From a candidate division WOR-3 bacterium (GTDB lineage: Bacteria; Hydrothermota; Tepidihabitantia; SM23-42; JAOAFX01), in contig JBDRWI010000064.1 in assembly GCA_039802265.1 (NCBI GenBank), positions 1 through 12,311 of the forward strand: DNA of 12,311 nucleotides. Direction: 5' to 3'. Position numbers and translations under genes: made by a program. Positions 1 through 7,207 of this stretch are shown here, piece after piece (position 1 is the first letter of the stretch; every line of letters begins with the position of its first letter). The notes beneath the pieces are model-generated. The model had not been told where the DNA came from, did no database searches, and saw nothing but the letters and a program-made list of their open reading frames with translations.

Positions 1-1061
1 TCATTTTCTATAGAATGTATCAAATGATGTAGCACCCTGCCACCTTCACACATACCTGAAGCAGATATAATAATCATTGGGCCTGTTTTCTCATTCAATT
101 TTTTTGAACCTTCCTGGTCTTTTATGTATGTGATGCCCGGAAAATCAAATGGTTCTTCTTTAAGAAACTTTTCATAGGTCTCTTTATCAAAACACTCTGG
201 ATGTCTTGAAAAGACTTCGGTCACACTCGTTGCCAGTGGACTGTCCACATATATGGGAATATTTTTTAATACGCCTTGTTGGTACAATCTTTTTAGCATC
301 GTAACCAGAACCTGGGTTCTTTCCACTGCAAATGCCGGAATGATTATTTTACTCTTTTTTTGTTTACCTTCAAGGATTATATCTTTTAATTCAGTGGTCA
401 TCTGTTCAAATGAACTATGGACCCTGCTTCCATAGGTAGATTCAAGTATTAGATAATCAATATCCCGGGGAATCTCTGGGTCTTTGATTATCGGCATATT
501 CTTCCTTCCCAGATCACCGCTGAAAAGAATCCGCTTCCCATCAAACTCAATCAAAACTTGTGCGGAACCAAGGATATGTCCTGCATCATAAAATGTTATA
601 GATACACCATCAATCGGTTCAAATTCATTATTGTAGTTAATTGCTTTAAAATATCTTAATGACTCTTCTGCATCTTCTACTGTGTAAAGTGGTTCTTTTG
701 TTGGCAAACCTGCCTTGCGTTGTTTTTTATTAAAGTATGCAATATCGTTCTCCTGGAGATGGGCAGAGTCAAGCAGCAAAAGTTCTGCAATATCTTTTGT
801 TGCTGGTGTGCAATAGATTTCTCCATTAAAATTCTTTTTCACAAGTGTCGGTAGATTGCCTGAATGGTCAAGGTGCGCATGGGAAAGCAGAACACATCTT
901 ATTTCTTTCGGTTTAAAGGGAAATGTGCGATTTATCCTTTCTGCCTCAGCCCGGTGCCCCTGATAAAGTCCGCATTCTATCAAGAATTTCTGCTTTTTAT
1001 ACTCAAATAGATGCATTGAACCGGTTACGGTCCTTGTTGCACCAATGAATGTTATTTCCAT
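1..1061 (-). CDS. MBL-fold metallo-hydrolase, beta-CASP RNase family (Ysh1/TTHA0252-like); 3' end lies outside the window
   Basis: Not in the ORF track; translated by hand from ATG at 1061: MEITFIGATRTVTGSMHLFEY..LIECGLYQG..LLSHAHLDHSGNLP (HxHxDH), later DAGHILGSA, FSGDLG, ILESTYG, IIIPAFAVERTQ and IISASGMCEGGRVLHHL. Confidence 0.93.
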   Translation of the reverse strand, partial: MEITFIGATRTVTGSMHLFEYKKQKFLIECGLYQGHRAEAERINRTFPFKPKEIRCVLLSHAHLDHSGNLPTLVKKNFNGEIYCTPATKDIAELLLLDSAHLQENDIAYFNKKQRKAGLPTKEPLYTVEDAEESLRYFKAINYNNEFEPIDGVSITFYDAGHILGSAQVLIEFDGKRILFSGDLGRKNMPIIKDPEIPRDIDYLILESTYGSRVHSSFEQMTTELKDIILEGKQKKSKIIIPAFAVERTQVLVTMLKRLYQQGVLKNIPIYVDSPLATSVTEVFSRHPECFDKETYEKFLKEEPFDFPGITYIKDQEGSKKLNEKTGPMIIISASGMCEGGRVLHHLIHSIEN

Positions 1062-1067
1062 AAAAAA

Positions 1068-1095
1068 ATAATAATCAAAAATTTCAAAAGGTCAA
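1068..1095 (-). promoter_or_regulatory. sigma70-type promoter, probably producing a leaderless mRNA
   Basis: Minus strand reads TTGACC(1095-1090)-N16-TATTAT(1073-1068)-TTTTTT-ATG(1061); no Shine-Dalgarno. Confidence 0.6.
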
Positions 1096-1149
1096 CATCC
1101 TGGGTAAATTTGTGAGGTAAAGAATAAAAAAGTTCAGAAATAAGCCATA

Positions 1150-1172
1150 CGCAGGCTAAAGACCGAGGCTAC
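1150..1172 (-). repeat. degenerate GTAG-type REP-like element
   Basis: Minus strand GTAG-C-CTCGGTC-TTTA-GCCTGCG. Same 23-nt layout as the element at 5353-5375, but the stem has two mismatches. Confidence 0.4.
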
Positions 1173-1174
1173 CA

Positions 1175-1209
1175 AACAGGGAATTTATATGGACAATAAA
1201 TTTCCTGTT
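1175..1209 (-). terminator. stem-loop downstream of the C25 gene, possible terminator
   Basis: aacagggaatttat-N7-ataaatttcctgtt, 13/14 complementary, about 24 nt after the stop. The U-tract on the minus strand is weak. Confidence 0.5.
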
Positions 1210-1232
1210 ACTCTTTTTAATTTGTTTCCTTC

Positions 1233-4200
1233 TTATTTTAATAGTAATGCCTTTTCTACTTGAGTGAAATTTTCGGTTTGCAATTGGATGAAATAAATCC
1301 CCGCAGGCAATCGGCGACCGAAATTATCAGTGCCATCCCAGATGATTTGGTCTGATTGTCTGATGGTCTCATGGTCCCATTGTCTAACTACTCTCCCGGT
1401 TGCATCGTAAATATGCAAAGTAGCGAGTAGCGAGTACCGAGTAGCGAGATTGGAATTTATTTCGGATTTCGAATTTGGGATTTCGAATTTAATTGTAAGG
1501 CGATTCCTGGATGGATTGGGCATTAGGGATATACCTAACTGGCCGAAGGTCAATGCCTGCTCGTTTTCTTCGATACCAACCTGTTGAATACAACCGAAGA
1601 AGTGCATAATGCTATCCAATAAAATTGCACGCCTGGAAACCCCACTGCCATCAGTCAATAACCCCAATTCAAATGATGTTCCAACTGTCCTGGAATTCCC
1701 AAATCCATAATTTGCTACACCACAGTCATAATTATTGTCCTGGTCACGGAAGATTAGGAATGCTCCACCACCGGAAGGACTTATGTGATCCATCAAATTG
1801 TTTTCTCCACTATAGTTAAAAACCATTCCGGCAGTAAATGTGCCCCATTGTCCGGCAACAGGCCCCATATCGTCAATACCATCAGCAGTGGCATTTATTC
1901 CAAATAGGGAACAGAAATTATAACCACCAATCATTGGGTCGTAGTACCAGACATCGCCTCCTTCAAGATAAACTTTTCCGTTTTGGAAGAGTAGGTAATT
2001 GTATAACTGTGTGGCTTCAGTGGTACCATTATATATTATATAGTTATTTGGCCATACTCCAAGACATACAAAAACTGATTGATAAAGAGTCAAATCACCT
2101 GTTAGGGTTGTTCCATAATCTCCTATGTAGCCGAGCGAGGTCAATATTGAATGCATATTCTGTCCGGGGGATGGCGTTGGTTCAGGATTCCATAAATAGT
2201 AATGTTTTCGTCCGAGCATCAAACTAAAATTTATGGTGGTGGAGTAAACTCCCGAGGTAATTAAAACCTGAAAGTTAATCATTGTTCCCTGTGGGGCATT
2301 GGAAGCAACCGTTACCGTAAATGGGTCAGAATTATTGTTTGCGGTTGCCATCGGTGGGACATTTCCAAAACTGCCATCTGCATCATTTATTGTTACATAA
2401 GGTGAGGTTTCTGTTAATACACCGATTACATTATTCGCTGTTGCGCTTCCTTCGTTTTTTATTGTGAGTATTAAATTTGCAGTCTCTCCGGGGTCCAATC
2501 TTCCGTTATTATTTCCTCCAACAACCGCCACTGACTGATAAACTATTACCGGCGCATAAACCATCAGAGAAAATTGAGATGTCCAGGTAGAATCTAAGTT
2601 GTCTTTGCAAACCAAGGTCAAGTTAATATTGTAACCGTTCGGACAATTATTTGCTACCTGTAAATCATATCCATTAGAACCGGTATATGCAGAATCACCG
2701 GGAACAATATTCCCGAACGATTTAATTGTATCAGAAATTGAGACATAGGATTCTGTTTCTCGCAATATCCCTATGACATTGCTTGCCTGAGCATTACCAA
2801 AGTTTTTTACCCATAGAGGTAGCTCAACAGATTCTCCCGGATTTAGGATTCCATCATTATTTCCGCCTGGTATCGGGTCGCTGATTGTATTCTTTAGATA
2901 CATCACCATCGCATAATTGCTCATCAGAACCTGTATTGTTCCCTCAAAAGGATAGTAATTGGGGGCAGTAACTGTAATATCCATCGTTCCAGGCGATGTT
3001 GGAGCAACATTCAAAGTAACCGTTCCTGAGGTATTGGTATAACCATAGGCGTAGGTCTCGTTACCCTTTTGAAGACAAACAAGGGCATTGGAGATTGGAG
3101 TACCGTTATGCATTACAATTACATTCACATTTTGATTTCCGACTTGTAATACTGCTGGATATGAGACAGAGAGATTTGCTGGAACCTTTGTCCACAATGG
3201 TAATTCAGGGTCACCCAGGAGATTCAATTCATACAAACACCAACGGGTAAATGTATATTGATTTCCCCAATCTGCATAAGGAACCCAGGCATCTTTTGCA
3301 GCCGCAAGAACCTGCCCCATCTTATATAACCCACCCTGAAATATTTTTGCAAAATATGTAGTATCAAGACGCTCTGAAGGACCGGGGACATATTGACCAT
3401 TAACAATAGCTCCCCAGCCATAGCGAGAGTTAAACATTACACCGAGCAAACCGCCACCAGTACGATTTATCAGGTGTTCAGCAAAACAATCACCACCGGG
3501 TGTCTCATCCCAGGCACCCGTGAAACAGGCAATGGAAATAGCAATGCCCTGTTTATTACCATTAGTTAGTCCATCCGCATCGCTGGATGTTAGATAGGGT
3601 GGGAAAATACCACCTTGGTGCATATAGATTCCATTTTCGTTGCCATGCCCCTCCCAGGCTCCCATACCATAACCAACATTCATTGAATCAATCATTCTTT
3701 GTCTTGATAAAGTTCCATTTCGTTCATATAACTTTGCGTCAAACCAGGGTGGTGTTGTTGTTATTCTTGCAATTGAATCTTGCATTGGTCTTTCGTCATA
3801 ACTTGGCCACAAAATTGCTGTAGGTAAAAGCATCTTCGTTAGATAACTTGTTGGTGGATTTTTTTCATAAGTCAATATTTTATATACGAAATTCTGGACC
3901 TGGGAAATTGTATAAACTGATGCCCTTCCTACATAGACATCGCTGTACATATCAGCATTATCCGTAATTTCGCCATAAGTGTGATTGCCGTTGGCATCCC
4001 AGCTTCCGCTTAAACCGGCAAAATATAAATCACAGGGAATGCTGTCTTCATCATAGTAACACCATGCATATGAGGTAGTATACCAACAACTCCTTTCAGG
4101 AACAAGGTTCTGACCCGAGGTCTTATGATCTGCAGAACCACCAAGCAAGACCCAGATGGTGCCCCAGGTATTTTTCGCATCAATGATAAAATTTCGTAAC

Positions 4201-5030
4201 TTCTCTGGCAAATCATATCCAGAGTAAGTGTTACCGATCCATGAGATCTGTACTACTTTTGTCGGTATACCCTTTTTGGTCTTCCAATCAGCAAGACGCT
4301 GGAAAATTGTATCAAAGGCAATTGCGCCACTGATGATTACATACTTATAGTCACCGGAGGGTAATATCCGAGAAGGCGACTTTCCATTGACATGGGGTGC
4401 AAAAATATCAACCATCTCGGGATTGGCAACAAAAGTGCGCACATCTTCGCCAAAAATTCTTTGTTGCTCAGCTGTAGGAACTGTATTATCAACTCGGTTT
4501 TCAAAATATTTTAACCTATAGGTTAGCCGGGTCAAAAGTCTAAGTCTGCCATCAAGGGGAATGTATTCTACGGGGTTTATTTCGATGTGGGCAATTTGGT
4601 AGCCACAGAGGGAACCGACACCGATAAGTTTTAATTTTGCGTTCGGATAGATTCTGTTTGAATTATAAATCTCTTTTTTAGGTTCAAAAAATTTTGGAAT
4701 AAAGACTTTGTTTGGCATCGGTAGAGGAACATCTGGCTGATATGGATATATTTTGTAGTTTCCCTTCAACTCAATTACTTCTTCAGAAACAATCTCTACA
4801 CTTGCTGGAACGGCACCAGCAGGTATCAAAACTGCCTGTATCAATTTTGGTAGTCTTGGTTCGCCCGGTTGATTTGCGATTGCAATACAGCCTTTTAACT
4901 CAATCACATCATAGTCCTGTATCCTGGTTATGACTAAATCATCTGGTAAGAATTCTACATTCTGTATTATTTCACCAGCCCAGAAAATATTCATCGACAC
5001 AAACGTAAAAAAAACAATTATCTGCCTCAT
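1233..5030 (-). CDS. Gingipain-family (C25) cysteine peptidase: signal peptide, propeptide, catalytic domain, C25_C Ig domain, two tandem Ig-like repeats, alpha/beta domain, T9SS/FlgD-Ig C-terminal domain
   Basis: Propeptide GEPRLP; motifs LADWKTKKG, WVLLGG, CDLYFAGL, DVYVGR; catalytic EGHG (His462) and SIACFTG (Cys502); LNLLGDPEL; C-terminal PNP..IYDATGRVV..WDGTD..GRRLPAGIYF..KALLLK; SD AGGAG at 5037-5041. Confidence 0.93.
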   Translation of the reverse strand: MRQIIVFFTFVSMNIFWAGEIIQNVEFLPDDLVITRIQDYDVIELKGCIAIANQPGEPRLPKLIQAVLIPAGAVPASVEIVSEEVIELKGNYKIYPYQPDVPLPMPNKVFIPKFFEPKKEIYNSNRIYPNAKLKLIGVGSLCGYQIAHIEINPVEYIPLDGRLRLLTRLTYRLKYFENRVDNTVPTAEQQRIFGEDVRTFVANPEMVDIFAPHVNGKSPSRILPSGDYKYVIISGAIAFDTIFQRLADWKTKKGIPTKVVQISWIGNTYSGYDLPEKLRNFIIDAKNTWGTIWVLLGGSADHKTSGQNLVPERSCWYTTSYAWCYYDEDSIPCDLYFAGLSGSWDANGNHTYGEITDNADMYSDVYVGRASVYTISQVQNFVYKILTYEKNPPTSYLTKMLLPTAILWPSYDERPMQDSIARITTTPPWFDAKLYERNGTLSRQRMIDSMNVGYGMGAWEGHGNENGIYMHQGGIFPPYLTSSDADGLTNGNKQGIAISIACFTGAWDETPGGDCFAEHLINRTGGGLLGVMFNSRYGWGAIVNGQYVPGPSERLDTTYFAKIFQGGLYKMGQVLAAAKDAWVPYADWGNQYTFTRWCLYELNLLGDPELPLWTKVPANLSVSYPAVLQVGNQNVNVIVMHNGTPISNALVCLQKGNETYAYGYTNTSGTVTLNVAPTSPGTMDITVTAPNYYPFEGTIQVLMSNYAMVMYLKNTISDPIPGGNNDGILNPGESVELPLWVKNFGNAQASNVIGILRETESYVSISDTIKSFGNIVPGDSAYTGSNGYDLQVANNCPNGYNINLTLVCKDNLDSTWTSQFSLMVYAPVIVYQSVAVVGGNNNGRLDPGETANLILTIKNEGSATANNVIGVLTETSPYVTINDADGSFGNVPPMATANNNSDPFTVTVASNAPQGTMINFQVLITSGVYSTTINFSLMLGRKHYYLWNPEPTPSPGQNMHSILTSLGYIGDYGTTLTGDLTLYQSVFVCLGVWPNNYIIYNGTTEATQLYNYLLFQNGKVYLEGGDVWYYDPMIGGYNFCSLFGINATADGIDDMGPVAGQWGTFTAGMVFNYSGENNLMDHISPSGGGAFLIFRDQDNNYDCGVANYGFGNSRTVGTSFELGLLTDGSGVSRRAILLDSIMHFFGCIQQVGIEENEQALTFGQLGISLMPNPSRNRLTIKFEIPNSKSEINSNLATRYSLLATLHIYDATGRVVRQWDHETIRQSDQIIWDGTDNFGRRLPAGIYFIQLQTENFTQVEKALLLK
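1348..1387. repeat. five degenerate 8-nt tandem repeats inside the C25 C-terminal domain
   Basis: tggtctga ttgtctga tggtctca tggtccca ttgtctaa. Confidence 0.75.
1419..1490. repeat. two 7-nt tandem repeat tracts inside the C25 C-terminal domain
   Basis: agtagcg agtagcg agtaccg agtagcg (1419-1446) and atttcgg atttcga atttggg atttcga attt (1459-1490). Confidence 0.8.
2215..2900 (-). repeat. tandem duplicated ~120-aa Ig-like (CARDB-like) domain in the C25 protein
   Basis: GGNNDGILNPGESVELPLWVKNFG..ASNVIGILRETESYVSISD..SFGNIVPG versus GGNNNGRLDPGETANLILTIKNEG..ANNVIGVLTETSPYVTIND..SFGNVPP; period about 350-360 nt. Confidence 0.85.
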
Positions 5031-5069
5031 TTTTTACTCCTATTTATATTTTTTGGACTTTCAAGAATT

Positions 5070-5098
5070 TTAATAAACTTATTTTTGTAATTTGTCAA
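5070..5098 (-). promoter_or_regulatory. candidate sigma70 promoter for the C25 gene
   Basis: Perfect TTGACA (5098-5093), then N17, then TATTAA (imperfect -10), upstream of SD AGGAG. Confidence 0.45.
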
Positions 5099-5174
5099 TC
5101 CGATTATCTTCCAAAGAATCAGTTCCTCATTTTCATTGGAAACAGATTTTTTTCAATATTACACTAAAATTAAA

Positions 5175-7109
5175 TTACTTTATTTTGATTACCTTTTTAC
5201 TTACCTGCTTTGTGCCTAAACTCATTTCTACAAAATAAATCCCGGCCGGCAATCGGCGACCGAGATTATCAGTGCCATCCCACAGAATTGATGATTGGTA
5301 ATCGGTTAAATGGTTAAATTGTTTTACCAGTCGGCCGGTTATATCATAGATTGCAAGACCAAAGCCTTGCCCTACATTTTCTGCATAGTGCATAGTACTT
5401 AGTGCATAGTGGAACACGCATTGATTCCTGAACGGATTAGGAAAGACCCAAAGTTTCAGATTATCATTTTCAAACTGGGGATTTGATATTTCAGTGATTT
5501 CGGTCAACTCAAAATATTTCACCTCAGCCCGGATGTTGAAGTTATAACAGGTTCCATTATCCAGTGCCTCTTCCCAGTCATTACCATTAAGTGAAACATA
5601 GGAGCGGTGTGCGGACCAGTTTCCATTGTCAACGCCAATTGGATAATAGGCATTTTCAGTGTAGACAACCAACCATAGGTCTCTTTTCTGTTCTATTGCC
5701 AACGGCGAAGCAAGTTCAATGTAATTCCAGCAGTGGTGGGAGATTCCTGATTGAGAGTAAATGATGTTTTTGGGCATCAAATATTCATCTGTATCATAGA
5801 TATAAATTTGATAATTAAATTCATGATTAAAGAATGCCAAAATCCCGGTCAGAGTGCAGGGCTGGGCAAAAGAAAATCGCACACCTGCATAAAATGGCGG
5901 CTCATCCGGATAACCCCAGAATGAATAGGGAGCACCGTCGTATTTTATTGTATCAATGAATGTCCAGTTATTAATTCCACCGTATATCCCCATTGAATCA
6001 TTATACATATACCCTTTAAGATATTCATCCCATTTAGTAAATTCACATACCTCAAGATTGGAGTAGGAATTATCATAATACGATGGCTTTGTAGGATGGT
6101 ATATTGAGATTCCGTAGGCATTCGCATAATTATTATTGCTCGCCTTTACCACATCATTGACACTATTCATAACCATATCCGCAGTGTTCTTCAAATAGTC
6201 AGGCACATTTGCCAGTTTTATTCTTCGGGCAAAGTCATAAAGGTCAATGTGGTAATATTCATAAAAATTCTGAGTTGCTGAGCGGACGGAATTTATAGTG
6301 TTGGTGTAGCCCTGGTCTTTTGCCCGCATCAGTTCAAGGGCAAATGTGTCAATGCTGTGGTTGAGGGTGTTAATTATTGATAGGTCAACAGCCGAGAGGG
6401 TAGGTTGTTCAGTACTACTTACTATGCTCGTTGCCAGTTCCACCGCATTCATTGAAGAATTGGTGACGAGGTCGTCAAGGAATCCGGTATAATACCAGCC
6501 ATCAGCCGGTTCGGTCTCTTCTGAACCAACCATACAGGTTGCATAGGGAGACGCATTTACCATTACTTCCCACATCTGCATAAGACAGGCATCAAAACCC
6601 AACACATCCACATGACCGATTTGAAAGAGTGCCTGTTTCAATTCACCCCGGGATACCGAGATTTCGTTCCCGCTTGATTCGTCATAGGAAACTCCCCTTA
6701 CGGGTACCATGGAATCTCCTATTCCCCGCCAGCCATCGCCATGATTCCAGATTATAAGTAAATAATGATTTGCCGGAAAGTTATTCATTGCCCATAGTGC
6801 GAAATTTGAAAGTGTGGTTGGGTCACCCATATCCACTTCACCCAGGTCTTCAAGTAACTGGGAATTTATTGTGTTGATGTCATTATCATGAATAACATAA
6901 TACCTTCTACAGGTCGTCCAGTCGCCATTTGAATTGTTATAGCCAATAGCCCGGTCAATCTGGACAACAATATTAACATCTGGTGAAGAGCCAACAACCT
7001 CCATCTCATTGAAGTCTTTAATTCCATAGGTCTCAAGATTGTTGTCGGCATTTAGATAGACCATCACGGTCCACTGAGTACCAAGTAAGAAAAGCAATAG
7101 TTCCATCAT
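5175..7109 (-). CDS. Clostripain-family (C11) cysteine peptidase with a beta-sandwich accessory domain and T9SS/FlgD-Ig C-terminal domain
   Basis: WTVMVYLNADNNLE, VNIVVQIDR, EVDMGDP..L..F; catalytic WNHGDGW (His123) and GFDACLM (Cys175); VGSEETEP; IDLYDFA; GISIY; C-terminal FPNPF..IYDITGRLVK..WDGTD..GRRLPAGIYF..KKVIKIK; SD AGGAGG at 7115-7120. Confidence 0.93.
   Translation of the reverse strand: MMELLLFLLGTQWTVMVYLNADNNLETYGIKDFNEMEVVGSSPDVNIVVQIDRAIGYNNSNGDWTTCRRYYVIHDNDINTINSQLLEDLGEVDMGDPTTLSNFALWAMNNFPANHYLLIIWNHGDGWRGIGDSMVPVRGVSYDESSGNEISVSRGELKQALFQIGHVDVLGFDACLMQMWEVMVNASPYATCMVGSEETEPADGWYYTGFLDDLVTNSSMNAVELATSIVSSTEQPTLSAVDLSIINTLNHSIDTFALELMRAKDQGYTNTINSVRSATQNFYEYYHIDLYDFARRIKLANVPDYLKNTADMVMNSVNDVVKASNNNYANAYGISIYHPTKPSYYDNSYSNLEVCEFTKWDEYLKGYMYNDSMGIYGGINNWTFIDTIKYDGAPYSFWGYPDEPPFYAGVRFSFAQPCTLTGILAFFNHEFNYQIYIYDTDEYLMPKNIIYSQSGISHHCWNYIELASPLAIEQKRDLWLVVYTENAYYPIGVDNGNWSAHRSYVSLNGNDWEEALDNGTCYNFNIRAEVKYFELTEITEISNPQFENDNLKLWVFPNPFRNQCVFHYALSTMHYAENVGQGFGLAIYDITGRLVKQFNHLTDYQSSILWDGTDNLGRRLPAGIYFVEMSLGTKQVSKKVIKIK
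5295..5326. repeat. 8-nt tandem repeats inside the C11 C-terminal domain
   Basis: ttggtaat cggttaaa tggttaaa ttgtttta. Confidence 0.65.
5353..5375 (-). repeat. GTAG-type REP-like hairpin inside the C11 coding sequence
   Basis: Minus strand GTAG-G-GCAAGGC-TTTG-GTCTTGC (7-bp stem with one G-T pair), translated as VGQGFGLA. Confidence 0.6.
5382..5409. repeat. four 7-nt tandem repeats inside the C11 C-terminal domain
   Basis: tgcatag tgcatag tacttag tgcatag. Confidence 0.8.
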
Positions 7110-7126
7110 ATTGCCCTCCTAAGATA

Positions 7127-7165
7127 ATGATGGGCTCTGGCTCCAAAAGGGCCAGAGCCCATCAT
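7127..7165. other. perfect 15-bp inverted repeat (intercistronic stem-loop; terminator, attenuator or mRNA stabiliser)
   Basis: atgatgggctctggc-tccaaaagg-gccagagcccatcat, ending 6 nt before the C11 SD on the minus strand. Confidence 0.85.
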
Positions 7166-7207
7166 ATGGATAAGAAAAATGATTGTCTAGCGCACCCAAG
7201 GGCGAAT

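Noticed and set aside
253..435. 60-aa plus-strand ORF
   Set aside because: It is antisense to the motif-rich MBL/beta-CASP gene and has no recognisable features.
3512..3527. parS-like sequence (CGTGAAACA) in a window containing parA
   Set aside because: It is only a half-site, 11/16 to TGTTTCACGTGAAACA, and it coincides with the catalytic Cys codons of C25.
1625..4933. Small ORFs 1625-1819, 1838-2227, 3224-3421, 3587-3823, 4010-4216, 4712-4933
   Set aside because: All are nested in the C25 gene, antisense or out of frame, with no motifs; shadow ORFs.
5117..5153. Possible terminator hairpin after the C11 gene
   Set aside because: The stem is imperfect with a large loop, and the T-run lies on the wrong strand for a minus-strand transcript.
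1291..5282. DGR template/variable repeat or CRISPR interpretation of the 50-nt shared block and the short repeats
   Set aside because: There is no reverse transcriptase or cas gene in the window, both copies are coding, the three mismatches are not at adenines on the coding strand, and there is no repeat-spacer structure.
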